A stretch of 64,000 nucleotides of DNA from the human T2T-CHM13v2.0 reference genome, Homo sapiens (GCF_009914755.1 NC_060933.1); one strand, 5' to 3'. Shown: positions 33,399-53,810, counted from the first letter of the stretch. Notes: generated from the letters alone by a model not told the origin. A program made the numbers and translations.

Positions 33399-33700
33399 GC
33401 TGGGCATGGTGGCATATCCCTACGGTCCCAGCCACTCACGAGGCTGAGGCAGAAAGGTCACTTGAGCCTAGGAGTTCTGGGCTATAGTACACTACGCCAA
33501 TCCGGTGTTCCACACTAAGTTCAGCTTCAATATGGTGATCTCCCAGTAGCAGGGGACCACCAGGTTGCCTAAGGCGGGATGAACTGGCCTAGGTCAGAAA
33601 TGGAGCAGGTCAAAACTCCCATACTGATCAGAAGTGGGACTGTGCCTGTCCGTAGCCACTGGATTCCAGCCTGGGCAACACAGTGAGACCCCATCTCTTT
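33399..33700 (+). pseudogene. 7SL (SRP) RNA retropseudogene (RN7SL-P type)
   Basis: Alu-domain ends plus the S domain (ctaagttcagcttcaatatggtga...ggggaccaccaggttgcctaagg...ggagcaggtcaaaactccc), diverged from 7SL. TSD atagaaagatagaataa / ataggaagatagaataa (33382-33398, 33708-33724). Confidence 0.93.
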
Positions 33701-33744
33701 AAAATTAATAGGAAGATAGAATAAAAGAGAGGTTCAGCAAAGAA

Positions 33745-33970
33745 ATTCTAGGGTTAAATCGAGATTCAAATTTTGGATCCTGTAAATTTACTAGCTATGT
33801 GACTTTAGGTAAATTGCATAACTTGTCTCAATTTCCTCATCTATAAAATAGGTTGTTAGCATTACCTACCCCATGGAGTCTCTGTGAGAACTGAAAGAGA
33901 TAATCTTATGAAAAATGTTCAACACAATGCCTGGCAAACAGTAAATTTTCAATAAACTTAGTTAATATTA
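33745..33970 (+). mobile_element. MIR
   Basis: ctagctatgtgactttaggtaaattgc...tttcctcatctataaaatagg. Confidence 0.75.
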
Positions 33971-34001
33971 CTTAGAATAATGTTTTTCATGAAATAATAC
34001 C

Positions 34002-34320
34002 TGGGTGGGCACGGTGGCCAACACCTACAATCCCAGCACTTTGGCAGTCTAAGTTAGGATGATCGCTTGAGGCCAGGAGTTCAAGACCAACCTGGGCAAC
34101 ATAGCGTAACCCTGTCTCTACAAAAATAAACAAGTAAATAAATAAATAAGCAAGCAAGCAAGCCAGTCAGCCATGGTGGCAGACAACTGTAGTCCCAGTT
34201 ACTTGGGAGGCTGAAGCATGAGGATTGCTTGAGCCCAGGAGGTTGAGGCTACAGTGAGCCGTGATCACGCCATCGTACTCCAGCCTAGGAGACAGTCTCA
34301 AAAAAATAAATAAAAAAAAT
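34002..34320 (+). mobile_element. AluJ
   Basis: Expanded (TAAA)/(GCAA) linker. Confidence 0.9.
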
Positions 34321-34384
34321 AATTTCGTGCTTAGGAGGAAAAATGACAACCAGAAAACAAAATTTAAAAAAGAAAAAAGCACTT

Positions 34385-37140
<2,756 letters not shown>

Positions 37141-37693
37141 GTATTTTTCAAGAGTTCAATACACCAAGCTGAGCGGAGAGGTGCTTTTGACCCCAAATAA
37201 CTTTCCTTTCTGAATCTCAGGTTGGAGTGCTATTTGAGGATACTACCTGGAAGTATCCTTTTCCTGACCCATTCAGTAGTTTAGCCTTCTTCAAAACTTA
37301 CTGTGCGGAAGGAGGAGGCAGGTATAGTGGGCTTTGGAGTTAAACATGTTCAGTGTCCCACAGTAAGATACAATAACTTTCTTTTATCTCTGTGAGCCTT
37401 CACTTCCCTTACCAAAAAAAAAACAAAATTGGGATCAGGCCATTTTGGTTGAGAATGTATGTAAAATACTTCTCATTATCACTAAAGTACTTATCATAGG
37501 CCCAGCAAACCTAGCAGTAGTTATTATTTTCCTTACTTCCAGAACCATGAGTCACGTTCTCTACAAGAATCTCTGTTTTCAAGCCCATTAGTGAGACAGA
37601 GTGCTTGCTCAGACATCCGTAGGGAAGAGATCCCCCAGAGTAGCCACCAAAGACTACTCTCCAGTCTTTGCTCCAAAATTAGAGACAATTTAA

Positions 37694-37988
37694 GGCTGGG
37701 CACAGTGGTTCACACCTCTGATCCTAACACTTTGGGAGGCTAAGGCAAGAGGATTGCTTGAGGCCAGAAGTTTGAGACCAGCCTGGGCAATATAGTGAGA
37801 CACTCACTTCTACAAAATTAAAAATTAAAAGAAAAAAAATCAGCTGGGCATGGTGGCACATGCCTGTAATCCTAGCTATGTGGGGGGCTGAGGTGGGAGG
37901 ATCACTTGAGCCTAGGAGGTCGAGGCTCCAGTGAGCCGTGATTACACCACTGTGCTCCAGGCCTGCACAACAGAGTGAGACCCTGTCT

Positions 37989-38027
<39 letters not shown>

Positions 38028-38042
38028 AGAGAATGAGAGAGA
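37694..38042 (+). mobile_element. AluJ with a (GA)n microsatellite tail
   Basis: (GA)n at 37990-38042. Confidence 0.9.
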
Positions 38043-39017
38043 ATTCAGCATTCAGAGCAGGTCAACACTGAGCAATTCCCATTCTGTGCTAAGCTGGGGA
38101 TGGGTAGGTCAAGATGAATGAGTCAAGATCTTATCCTTGAAGAGCTCAAGCCAGCAAGCCAGTGTAAGGGATAATGATATCTATCTTAGAAGAGGGGCAA
38201 AATACAAGGTGTGCTCAGAGAAGAGGTGCTTGTCTTAGCTGGGGTGCCAGTAGCTCACCACTATTTTCTTGGAACCTAATATGTATCTGATGAATATCTG
38301 GAAGGGTTTCCCAGAGAAAGTGATAGCTGAGCTGTGCAGCTATACTGTTTAGCTCCTTGTGTCCCAGAACCTTGTGCTTTTTGATAAGGTTTCCAAACAA
38401 AACTAAACAAGGAATTTAAAGCAGATGTCAAGTAACAAAGGATAGGTTTCCACTGCTGACTTGAACCACTCTTCTCTTCTGCCCCTCACTCTCATAGTCC
38501 ACCCAGATTCCCAGGAGCAACCTTCATTTGGAACAAAAGACAAGACTTATGCAGACCCTCCATAGAACTGACCCCGGGCTCAGATGTGTAAGGACAAATC
38601 AGTGTGGAAAGCAGAGAAAAAAACAGTTCCAGGACTGAGAGGAGACCAATGACTTCTAGAAAATGCTTTCCTGGGACTTCTTCAAGCATCCCTTCTTGAC
38701 AAGCCTGCTTGGACAGATACCCCAGCATCTCTTCAGGACTTAAAATAGCACTGCACCTAAAGGGAAGAGTACCAGGAACATAAGCAGGGGGAGCTCACAT
38801 CTGAGCACTATGCAAAGGAACCTCATAGATACTCCCCTCTTCTCAGTTACTTAACTGGGTTAGCAGATGGGCCAGTTGCAAATCACACCAATCTAAGAAT
38901 TTGCCTGCCAAGGAATTATACCCTTAAAAATGATCCAATTTCAGTTACAACTCTTGTACTGTGGGTAAGGTAAACCCCCATATATCCTATCAATGTCAAT
39001 GCAAAGTAGTAGTTTGG

Positions 39018-39074
39018 GTTTTTCTTTCTTTCTTTTCTTTCTTTCTTTCTTTCTTTCTTTTCTTTCTTTCTTTC
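39018..39074. repeat. (TTTC)n microsatellite
   Basis: Visible directly. Confidence 0.9.
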
Positions 39075-39079
39075 ACATC

Positions 39080-40095
<1,016 letters not shown>

Positions 40096-40104
40096 TTTAC
40101 AGAT

Positions 40105-40630
40105 GGACTTCTGCCACCCTAGCCAAGATGGAGTAATGGGGACCAGATTTGGTCACCTGGCTGGGGCAACTACAGAGCTGGACAAACCATATAAAACAAT
40201 GATTTTCAGGTACTGGACCTCAGGCGGCCAAAGACAGTGACTCCAGAGAAAGAGGAAACAAATAAGGGAAGTCCTACAAATACCCACCGAAGCCCTGAGT
40301 TTCCAGCCTAGAGCACAGGAAGGGAGAACCCAGGTAGAGCTCAACAGTCCCAAGAGTTGAGGATTAGAAGCTGGGAGTCCAGGAGGCAGGGCAGCTGGAG
40401 TTCACAAAGAAGAGGGCTAGGAGGGAGAGGGCTATGCAGAGAGAGCACAGCTGAGATCTGCAGAGGGGTCCTCCAAGTCTTCAGCTGAGGACTGATCAGT
40501 GCACATATACGAGAAAAATTACCCAAAGCCAGGGAAAAAATCATCCCAAAGGAGTAGAGGGAACAATTCTGGGGCTCCATAGGGCCAAGAATAGTTTCTG
40601 TCTCCACCAGCCAGAATGAAAAACTTTCAA
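40105..40630 (+). mobile_element. Ancient L1ME-type 5' end fragment
   Basis: Starts ggacttctg...ccaagatggagtaa, followed by a GA-rich L1ME 5'-UTR-like stretch. Confidence 0.6.
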
Positions 40631-42062
40631 AGTTAGAGAATTTATTTCCTGAAAGTCCTAATTAGCATTTATATATCCCCCAACAACTGGCCCTCGGGTA
40701 TTCTAAGAGCACTGATTCACTTATCAGATTAGCTGTTTGTCCTATTCAATCTATAAATGATAGAATCTAAGACAGGTGGTGATGGCAGGTTTGTGGCATG
40801 AGAGATGGATAAGTCAGCAGGAGCCAGAGAGGCAACTCCAACGGGTTGAGAGAATAGATCCTAAAAATATACTCTGCCTTAGGCTCCTCTTGACATAGAC
40901 AAAAGTCCGCCACTATATGCAAAAATTCCCTTTGTAAATCAGCTTGGCACAAAAATGACTGTAAAGATAATATCATCATAACCCCTCCTCAATGAACTGG
41001 CTACCACACTGAAATTTTCTTTTTTTGTTGGTGCTTTTCAAGTCTCTGCAACTCTGCCCAAACAGACCTTCCCATTTACCATGTCCTTCTTCTTTGCAAG
41101 AGACACTCAAATGCATTAAAGACAATCCTTGCAAGCCTATTCCTGGAAAAATGGCTCTTCACAATCTTATTTGCCCTTGTGGTCCCAGTGATATAACTGG
41201 ATTCAAAGCCTGGTATTGCTCTTTTAATGGTGTTTACTCAGTCCTGGTGAGGTTCACTTTTCACACAAATAAGATAGTTGGATTCCACTGAATGTTTCTA
41301 TTCAGATCAAGTTAATACAAAGTTGGAGAGCTTAGATTCTTTATCATGTAACTTTGAGAATGCTCAGATGAATGCAGCATAAAAAGAAATTGCTGAACTT
41401 CCAGGCTAATGCATTAAAAACTGCATAGAATGTAATTCCATCATTACAATGCCCTAATTAGAAAGATAAATTAAGCAAAATGGGTAGGATGCTTTTTACA
41501 GTAAGTGTTTCACAACTAGTCATAATGATTTGAAAATCAACACTCAGCAAAATGATAATAGGCCTCTGAGAGGAAACTGGAGTAGGCACATATAGTTGGG
41601 GTTCCAGCGTGGGCACCAGGTACAAAACTGAGAAGTAAAATCCTGGTCTCTTAAAGGCCCATATAGCACCTTTAAAATCCTGCATGTGTATATGGTGAAT
41701 TCTATAGAGGTCAAACACTGGAAACTAGCAAAGGTTATTATAATCAGTAGCAACACAATATTTATTTCAACTATTTCGTAATCCTAATTATCCCAACCTT
41801 CCAACTTTCTCCATTCCCCCACAAAGCACCTAACAAATCCTTGTGAAATATAAGGGTTTTTGCCTTTTTTTTTTTCCCAGAATGATACAAAACTTGGTAA
41901 GCAGACACTGAGTCACAAGGCTTTTGTCAAAGAGCTGAACAAGAGAAGACTGATTATAGGTTAAAATTTACATGTTCCTGGAATTCAGACAATTAAAATG
42001 AGCAGTAGCTAGAATGTTTGGAGCCAGAAAAACTTTGCCACTTAGTACTTGTACAATCTTAG

Positions 42063-42263
42063 GTTTTATTTATTTATTTATTTATTTATTTTGAGACAGA
42101 GTCTCGCTCTGTAGCCCAGGCTGCAGTGCAGTGGCACAATCTCCGCTCACTGCAACCTCCATGACCATGTTGGTCAGGCTGGTCTTGAACTCCTGACCTC
42201 AGGTGATCTGCCTGCCTCAGCCTCACAAAGCTGGGATTACAGGCGTGAGTCACCACGCCCAGC
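42063..42263 (-). mobile_element. Internally deleted Alu
   Basis: Junction caacctcc|atg|accatgttgg, about 110 bp missing. Confidence 0.88.
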
Positions 42264-42355
42264 TCATTTCTGTTTTAAAACCAAGTTTTATTTGGCCATA
42301 AAACTTGTTGGCAGCTCATGAAACAGAAATTTCCTGAGATAGAAAAGAACTAATT

Positions 42356-42716
<361 letters not shown>

Positions 42717-42729
42717 TTATAATATACTG

Positions 42730-43320
42730 AGGGGGTGTCTTTCTAAGCATAACATGAAATCCAGATATCATTAAAGAAATGATGATCAGATCTGCATCTA
42801 TATAAAGGTCTAACTTCTAAAAGGCAAAGATCCCAAAATATATATACATACTTATACACACACATATATTAGTATTTACAAAACATAAAGAGTTCCTAAA
42901 AATCAGTAGGAAAAAGACAAGCAAACCACCCAATGGACAAAGAATATGACCAGGCAAAGATGCCCTAATATGATTAGAATGAGTAACAGTGAAAAGGTCA
43001 CTAATAAAAACTCAAAAGTAAAGCAACCATTATAAACCATTTCTCATCAGATTGGCAAAAAATTAAAAATAGTGGTATATTTCAGTGGTGAAGTTTTGAA
43101 GAAATGGGTATGCTCATACAATGCTGGTGGTTGATGTACAACTTGAAAACAGCTTACAGGATCTACCAACATTTAAACTACACACACCCTGTGACCCAAA
43201 AATACCACTTCTCTCCATCTTAGAGAAATACACATGTTCACAAAAATATACGTATAAGGCACATTTATTACAATTTTAAAAAGTCAGAAGAAACCTAAAT
43301 ACTGATCAGTAGAGGAAGAG
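42730..43320 (+). mobile_element. L1ME fragment
   Basis: catcagattggcaaaaaattaaaaa...ccctgtgacccaaaaataccactt. Confidence 0.6.
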
Positions 43321-44375
43321 CCAAGATGGAGAGATGGGTAAGGAGATTAGAAACCAGACTTTTAGACTTCACCCAGTCAATCTGCAAGTCACTCATTCTA
43401 GATTTCAGCCAGGCTGCCAATCATTCAGCTAATTCCTCCCTCCCGTTGTTTATTAGCACCACTAACATAAAAGGAAATCACTCCAGCTTTGAGAGCCAAT
43501 TTTGAAGATTCCCGGGTGGCCCTTATCCTACATAAGGCATTTCTTCAATGGCTGCAATTGGTATATTCTGCCTGGTTTTTGTTTTGTGGTAAATATTTTC
43601 ATTCTATTTTTGTCTTTTATATAGTCAATTTCAGCAGCTGTAAGCCAGTCAACTGAATGGAAACACAATTAGCTAGCGCAGGGCACCTAGGTGTTATTAT
43701 TTGGCCACTACAAATAATGCTACAGGGAAAGTTTCTGTACTTGTATCTTTTCTAGTGTCTGATGAGCTATTTTCAAAGGAAAAAGTCTTAGGGCTGGGTT
43801 ATGAAGTTGGAAACTATAGAAAGCTTTATGAGTGGCTCCCTACAGCTTTGTCAGTTCCCCTAGTGATTGGACCCATCCAAACCGCTGTGGGTGTCCTAGA
43901 GTCCACCAGCAGAGGGCAGCATCCCCCAGACCAACAAGGCCTCAGGATGCAGACATTAAGCCTGGGGAGTGAAGAAAAGTGATCAGAAGACAAAGGCAAA
44001 ATCCACAGAACATGCTAACCAGGGCTTCCAAAATTTGGGAGGTATGGCAGACCCTCGTACCTGCAAGATAACTGGGATTATCCACAACTAGCAACACCTA
44101 ACACTCAGTGTCCTTGATTCCTTAACTGGCACCAAGATAAAAAAAAGTCACCTCCTCTTAAACAGGTATATATACTGGCCATGCCAAACCTTTATCAACT
44201 AGAATCTTGCCAAGCAACAAAGATTACTGAAGCCCAACCCCTGGGGAGACTAAACAGGCGATGCATTATGCTGCTGGCCTCATTTTGGCAGTTTCTGTTG
44301 AAAGAAAGAATGGAAAGGGCAAACCTACATATCCATCACAAATGTCTGGTTTCTCATTCCCTTTACTTGGCTTCA

Positions 44376-44755
<380 letters not shown>

Positions 44756-45059
44756 AAGGTAACCACGAGCCCAGAGCAGTTAGGTTACAGGTCAAAGAAA
44801 ACAGAAATCACTATGGTTGAAATGTCTCCAACAGTGTTCACTTTAGATCATTAACCAAGTGAGTCATCCTAAATTAATCTGAACTAAAGTTTGGGCCACT
44901 CGATATTTCAGCTCTTGAAGGTCTAGGGAAATACCACATCCTTACCTATCAAGAGGCGAGACACAACAACTATTATTTGCCATTTGTTCACTGCCACTGA
45001 TATGCTAACTTCTCCCTGGAACATTTATATGATCTGTATCACAGCCCACACTACAGTCA

Positions 45060-45500
45060 TAATAAATAATACAGCATTGGTGAGAATAGGAAAGCAGGCT
45101 CTCTTACACCCTGATTGCAGAGTTGAGGTGGTAGGAGAGTAGGGGTGGGAGCAGTATTTACCACCATTTGGGGGAGGACGAATTTAGCAGCACCAAGATT
45201 CAAATGGATAAACTCTTTCACCTAGAAATTCCACTTCCAGGGTTTTACGCTACAAAAGTAATGCCATAAGTAAGCAAAGTATTATACAAGGATATTCACT
45301 GCAGCCCTATTCATAATAGAGAACAAATAAAAACAATCTAATTCCCACCAACAAAAGATGAATGAAATAAATCCTGGCATATCTATTAACGCAACCATTC
45401 GTTAAAACAATGAGACAGATCCATGAATCATATCATGGAACAATCTCTAACACAAATTAAGTGAAATAAAACAAGCTACACAATTAAGTATGTAATTTTA
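45060..45500 (+). mobile_element. L1ME fragment
   Basis: cacctagaaattccacttccagg...atacaaggatattcactgcagc. Confidence 0.55.
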
Positions 45501-45513
45501 ATTAAAAAAAAAA

Positions 45514-45801
45514 TTTTTTTTGAGACAGGGTCTCCCTCTGTCGCCCAGGCTGGAGTGCAGTGGCGCAATCTTGGCTCAATGCAACCTCCGCCTCCTGGGC
45601 TAAAGTGATCCTCCTGCCTTGGCCTACCAAGTAGTTGGGACTACAAGCGCCTGCCACCACACCTGACTAATTTTTGTATCTCTGTAGAGATAGTGTTTCA
45701 CCACGTTTCCCAGGCTGGTCTGAAACTCCTGAGCTCAAGCAATCTGCCTGCCTTGGCCTCCCAAAGCGCTGGGGTTACAGGCATGAGCCACCATACCTGG
45801 A
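45514..45801 (-). mobile_element. AluJ/S
   Basis: Dimer. Confidence 0.9.
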
Positions 45802-46012
45802 CTATAATTTTTACTTTTTTTAAAAAAACTGCATGTTTGGAAAGTCTAGAACCAGAGTATACATCAGACTGCCCAGGTTTCAGTTTTGGCCTGCTGCTTA
45901 CTAGAAGTGTGACTTTACACTTCATCCTCAAACTTCAGTTTCCTTATCTGTAAAATAGGGAGGGGGGCACATATTGCCTTCAAAGGATTATGATGAAAAT
46001 TCAATTCATTTA

Positions 46013-46320
<308 letters not shown>

Positions 46321-46589
46321 TTAATTTGTTTTATTGTTTTATATACATATATAAATATAACTGATTACACACAAATAAGGTAGCACAATATAAATGAATA
46401 TATATAAATAAGGTACCTGCCATATAGCAAATGCTCAGAAGATATAGAAGATGATAATGATTATTATTAACATCACTACCTCTGAGAAGTTGAATTAAGG
46501 AGGTAACTTTGATTTACCAAGTTTTATACTTCCGTAAATAAATAATTTTTCAGAATAGGCATGAAGTACTTTTATAATTAAAAGATATA

Positions 46590-47063
46590 CCCTTATTCCC
46601 AAGAGAAATGAAAACATATGTCCAAAGACTTGCATGTGAATGTTCATAGTAGCATTATTCACAAATGCTCATCAACTGGTGAATGGATAGATAAAATGTA
46701 TGGCATATCCATACACTGGAATATATTCAGCACAAAAAGGAACTGACTACTCAAGTGCTATGGCACGGACAAACTTCAAAACCACCATGCTACGTGAAAG
46801 CAGCAAGACACAGATAATACATATGGTATAATTCAATTTATATGACATGTCCAGAAAAGACAAATCTATAGAGACAGTAGGATTAAGGATTGCTGGGTTT
46901 AACAGTAAAAGGGCAGAAAGGTCCTTATTAAGATGATGAAAATGTTCTAAAACTGATTTGTGGTAATGGTTGCAAAACTTGGTAAATATACCAAACATCG
47001 CTCAACTGTACAGAGTAAATTATGATATGTGAAACATGTCTCATTGTTTAAAAAAAAAAAAAA
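46590..47063 (+). mobile_element. L1MB 3' end
   Basis: ccaagagaaatgaaaacatatgtcc...gatgatgaaaatgttctaaaactg...poly(A). Confidence 0.75.
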
Positions 47064-47608
47064 GGTTTAAAAAGATACATCCTTACAAAACCATGCCTAT
47101 TTTACACTTATATAATGCTCTGCCCTTGGGAGGGGCTTTAACTTGCATTTCTCTATTTCATCCTCCTAACTATCATGTGAGGCAGACAGAGTAGGGACCA
47201 TGCTCTTTGGAGAAAAAAGAAAAATGATGTTCAGATTAGGCCACAGCTACTGCTAGCAAATAAAGCACCCAGAGCCCAGATCGAAACACAACTAACTCAA
47301 TAGATACAGTGGTAAAAATGTACCAAGACTTCAAGATTCCAGGAGTAATAACCAAACAGTGATCACAAGTACAGTGATGACCAGGGGCTTTGCCTGCAAA
47401 GTATACTCCTTTTTAAAATTCTTTAACTTTTTGAATAAATGTGCACTTAAGAAATCTGACATAAAACATGCTTTTTGTTCCTTACACAGTCTGGCTAAAA
47501 GTCACATCATTATGGATATGCATAGATTCCCTGACACAAGAAGAAACTTCCTTTTCAGTAGCTCAAAAAATGCTTAGCATACATTGGGGATTCAAGAAAT
47601 GCTTATTA

Positions 47609-47918
47609 GGCTGGAAGTGGTGGCTCACACCTATAATCCCAGCACTTTGGGAGGCCGAGATGGATCACTTAAGTCCTTGAGTTTGAGACTAGCCTAGGAA
47701 ACACAGTGAGACCCAATATCTTTAAAAAAAAAAAAAAAAGAATGAGTGGGGTGTGGTGGTGGTGCAAGCCTGCAGTCCCAGTAACTTAGGAGGATACGGT
47801 GGGAGTATCACTTCAGCCAAGGAGGTTGAAGTTGCAGTGAGCTGTGACCATACCACTGCACTGGAGCCTGGGTGACAGAGTAAGACCTTGTCTCAAAAAA
47901 AAAGAAAAAGGAAAAAAA
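47609..47918 (+). mobile_element. AluJ
   Basis: Diverged dimer. Confidence 0.9.
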
Positions 47919-48102
47919 GGAAATGCTTCTTACTAATATGAAAAATAATAGCAAATTTTTTAAAAGTTTAATTTGAACATACTGTAAATGAATCTAGCAT
48001 TTCATTTTGTACAGAAAAACTGAAGAGAAATGACAAGAGATAAAACCTAAACCATAAGCCACACAGAAATGTTTTTGAGGGGGCAGGGGAGGAAGGTGGT
48101 TA

Positions 48103-48566
<464 letters not shown>

Positions 48567-49590
48567 TCACACTAAACTGGGTTGACAATGTCGGTGATCT
48601 CCCTAAGTCCCGTTTTCCAGATGGAAAACTAGGTTCAGACCGGCAAAACAGCAAAGTTTCTTTGACATTTTCTGTTGCTCACTGCTAAAAAGATTATGGC
48701 TTTTCAGCTGTTAATTGAAACACTGTGTGTCAAATCCTGATGCCTAGTTGAGATAACTTTACTTAATCACATTCTCTGAGGAGAAATGTCTTAGAAATAG
48801 CTGTTAAATAAAATAAAAGTTAAGCAAACTACAAATACTGAACCACTATAACGTATTTGGGACTTTTGTTTTGATACTTGATATATTTTTTCAGGATTTG
48901 GGCACCTACAGAGGATAAAGACTATCAGGAAAAGTCACAAGCCATAAAGAAACAGGTTTTGGGAATGGGGTAGAGCAACAAAAACACTGGAAAACCTTAA
49001 AAAAAAAAGAGTAGGAAATTGAGCTCAATTCTGGCTTCAATGGGGGTGGAGGAATGAACTTCTCACAGAGGTGTAGATCCTGCACAAGCAGGGCACAATG
49101 TCTGAACGGGTTCAATTTGAAAAAGGGATTTTGCAGAGAGAAATGGACCTTGGAAAATGGTCTATAAACCAATGGTTGTTGGGGTCCCTCAGAAGACTCA
49201 CAATGTAATAAAACTACAGAAGCATAACAAGGAGGCTATGATGAACTCAGGGCCAGGCAATACTACTAAAAATCCAGAAGTATATTTCCCTCCACAGTGT
49301 GCCAAATAAGAGGTCTATCCCTGTAGAGGTTGGCAGGATTGTCTCTGCCTCTCTTATCAGCCAGCCCTCTGCAGAGGTCATGGCAGGACAAGAAAGGGAA
49401 ACTGTCAAAATGAAGTGACTTGAAGGAAGGTAGGGATATGATGGCAAGGTGTCAAGACTTGATCTTTGGACAGTTCTGAGTTTTCAAAGAGTTTGGGGGA
49501 AAGGAGGCCATTCAGGCAAGCAAAGAGCTAGGAAGGAAAGGAGATTCCTTTCAGAGGACTGAGAGGATAGTGTATGTCTCATGAGTCCAA

Positions 49591-49896
49591 TTATTATTAT
49601 TATTATTTATTTATTTATTTGAGACAAGGTCTTGTTCTGTCACCCAGGCTGAAGTGTAGTGACATGATCACAGTTCACTGCAGCCTTGACCTCGCGGGCT
49701 CAAGATCCTCCCACCTCAGATTCCCAACTAGCTAGGACTACAGGCATGAGCTACCATGCCTGGCTAATTTTTTTTTTTTTTTTTAAGAGATGGGGTCTCA
49801 CTCTGTTTCCCAGGCTGGTCTTCTGGGCTCGTGTGATGCTCCTACCTAGGCCTCCCAAAGTGCTGGGATTACAGGCATGGGCCACCACACCCAGCC
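49591..49896 (-). mobile_element. AluJ
   Basis: TSD tgagtccaatta. Confidence 0.92.
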
Positions 49897-50149
49897 TGAG
49901 TCCAATTACTTAGAATCATAATATCCTGTCTTAATTTCTCCTCCCTACCCCCTGAATATTTAGTGAGGGAAGCCTGTTTTAGCTGTTCTAGCCCTACCTC
50001 AGCTGTACTATATGGGGTCTTGAAGGAAAAACTACTTATCTCTGCTTAGACCAGAAAGTTAAAGAAGAATGGATGTCTAACCACCCACTAACATCTGTTT
50101 GACAGACAACATAAGCCTCCTCCCCTTTCTCCACACTTTTTCTTCTACC

Positions 50150-50372
50150 TTTATTAAGCCCTTACTTTGTGCCTGGCACCAGTGTTAACTGTTTTACATG
50201 TATCACCTCACCAGAGTCTTTTAAGTCTGAATGTAAGTTTATTATTCCCATTTCAGAGATAAACTAAGGCTCAGAGGTTAAGTTGCCCAAAGTCAAACAG
50301 CTAGTAAAGGGCAGAGCTAGAATATGAACCCAGGAATGTCGGAGTACTACAAGCTCTTAACTACCATGCCAT
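50150..50372 (-). mobile_element. MIR
   Basis: ccatttcagagataaactaaggctcagaggttaagttgcccaaagtca. Confidence 0.75.
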
Positions 50373-51575
50373 ACTGGTGGCAACAATTAGTAATTACCAA
50401 GACTTCAAAGGTATGGTGACTCACAGGGGCAAGAGTTAATGTACTCTTCTCTTTGCAAAGATTTCCTTCCAGGCAAATGATGATAAGTTCTATCGTTCTT
50501 GAGGGCTGTGGCAGTTTCCCGGTACATGGTGGCAGCAGTGGGATCACAGCCGTGGGTAAGCTAGGCTAGCAAACCAAAGCATCCTGTCCTCAGACAGATG
50601 AGAATGTTACCATCTGAACTTCTTCAGGTCAATTTTCGAATACTAAGCTGAATACTGAAAAGACACCTTTTCTATTTCATTCTCCCTCTGAATGGGTAAT
50701 ATCCAGCCACTCCAATTAGTTTCATATTAGGTATCTTTTCTTAAAATCTCTGTTGGCATCATGTCCCTGCTTAGCCTGAGAATGTGCAGAGACAGAACGC
50801 TGGGACGGGAGTTATCCTAGGACACACTGACTACTTTCATAGGACCATGAGGCTATTTCCCAAAAGCTGAAATCAAGAAAATAGGTCCCCTAAAACAATT
50901 AGTGTTTCTAAAAAACATGAAACAGCTCTTTGAGATATCAAATATTATTCAGTCAGACTTTGTGATTTGAGCTTGCCATTGGTGGAGGCTCTGCAGCTTG
51001 CGCAGTGCTCTGGGTTTTGCTCCAGATCTGTCACATTGCATTAGTGCCCTTCCTCCTCACTGCCAACAAAAATAACAGCCTTGAACATGGCAGCACAATC
51101 CATTTGTCCTGCTCTAATTACTTTTTGACATTACTTTTTCTGTTGCTAGCTTGTTTTTTTTTTTTTTTTTCTACCAACCTCAGGGCATCATTAGAGTCAT
51201 CTGAAAACAAAATCTTTAGGTTCTGCCAATATATATTTGGATAACTTTCTAGCACAAAATGGTTCCAAAGAGCAGTATGATAGTAGTTATAAGAAAAGCC
51301 ACAAGGCACTCATAACTATTTCCAGAATTCCCCAGATGTCACAGAGAGTATAGCCAAGGACAAAATGCCAGGGTTTGAAGTTATAGGACCTGGGCAAGTT
51401 GTAGCTCTACCACTCACTAGCTGTGAGACCTTGGAGCAAGTCTCCGAATCTGTCTAGTTTTAGTTTCCTCTTTTGACAAATGGAGTCATCTCTTTACTCT
51501 GGTAACCTCACAAGAGCTGCTGTGAAGATCGGTTGAGATAATGCATGTGAAAATACTTTAGAAAGAGCAATAGTG

Positions 51576-51778
51576 TTATTATTATTGAGATAGTGTCTCG
51601 CTTTGCCACCCAGGCTGAAGTGCAGTGGCATGATCACAGCTCACGGCAGCCTCAACCTCACAGGCTCAAGCGAGCCTCCTGCTCATCCTCTCAAGTAGCT
51701 GGGACCAAAGGTATGCGCCACCATGTCTGGCTAATTCTTTTTTGTAGAGGTGGGGTCTCCTTATGCTGCCCAGGCTCA
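51576..51778 (-). mobile_element. Truncated AluJ
   Basis: Right arm plus part of the left arm. Confidence 0.85.
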
Positions 51779-51873
51779 TTTTATTAAGAGGCATAAAATG
51801 ATGACCAATATTGCAAGGCTCTCTAGGTTTTCTGTTCTTCATTAATTCTAGTGTGTTCTTCATTAATTCTAGA

Positions 51874-52682
<809 letters not shown>

Positions 52683-52894
52683 TAGGATCTAGTTTTGTTT
52701 AGAATTCAAATGATCATACTATGCACTAAAAATTAGGGGCAGAAATATCAGAGATAAATTAAATCCAGAAGTGTATCTTCCAGAGCCTCCAGCATGACAG
52801 ATACTGACTTACAAATTATATATATTTCCAAAAGTCACTTTTTGGCCTGCTGCCTGGAACTTAAAAGGCTATCCCTAATAATACTGGAGCTTCA

Positions 52895-53209
<315 letters not shown>

Positions 53210-53810
53210 CTACTGAGAAGCTACCATTACAGGAATTGACTGATACATATTTATTGGATAAGTACACAAATGAATGTTGTTCTATTTAGAAAATGCTTTT
53301 GGAAGAATACAACATTTCTTGAGCACTTCCAGAGTACTATGCACTGCACTAGATGTTTCACATATATTGTTTCATTCAACACTTAACATCTGTAAGACAA
53401 TGTTTCCTATTTCTTAAAATGACAAAACTGAGCTCTGAGAGATGTTTTGGCCTAGGTCATGTACCTAGAATGTAGTGTAACTGAGATCAGAACCCAGATG
53501 ATTCCAGTGCCTTGCCTCTAACTACAGGATAGCCATATTAAATAATCTAGCCCCGCCTTAAAAAACAAACAAACAGAAAAGTGGCAGTGATTAACTAAGA
53601 TGTACCTTTATTTCCATACCATTTTTTCCCTTCCTCCACTCACTCCTAAATGAAGGATGGCAAAAAACTCTAAGAAAACAAAAAGCACTGGACCACAGGA
53701 GATTATGGAAATCCACAGGCTGAGGGGTTTTCAGCAGGATGACAAAGTAAGCAACTTGATTCTAGCAAAAGTTTGGATGTAAAGAACATCTTAGCAAATG
53801 AGAGTGAGAA

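Noticed and set aside
33399-33700. Functional 7SL RNA gene
   Set aside because: Many substitutions, CpG decay and a TSD mark it as a retrocopy.
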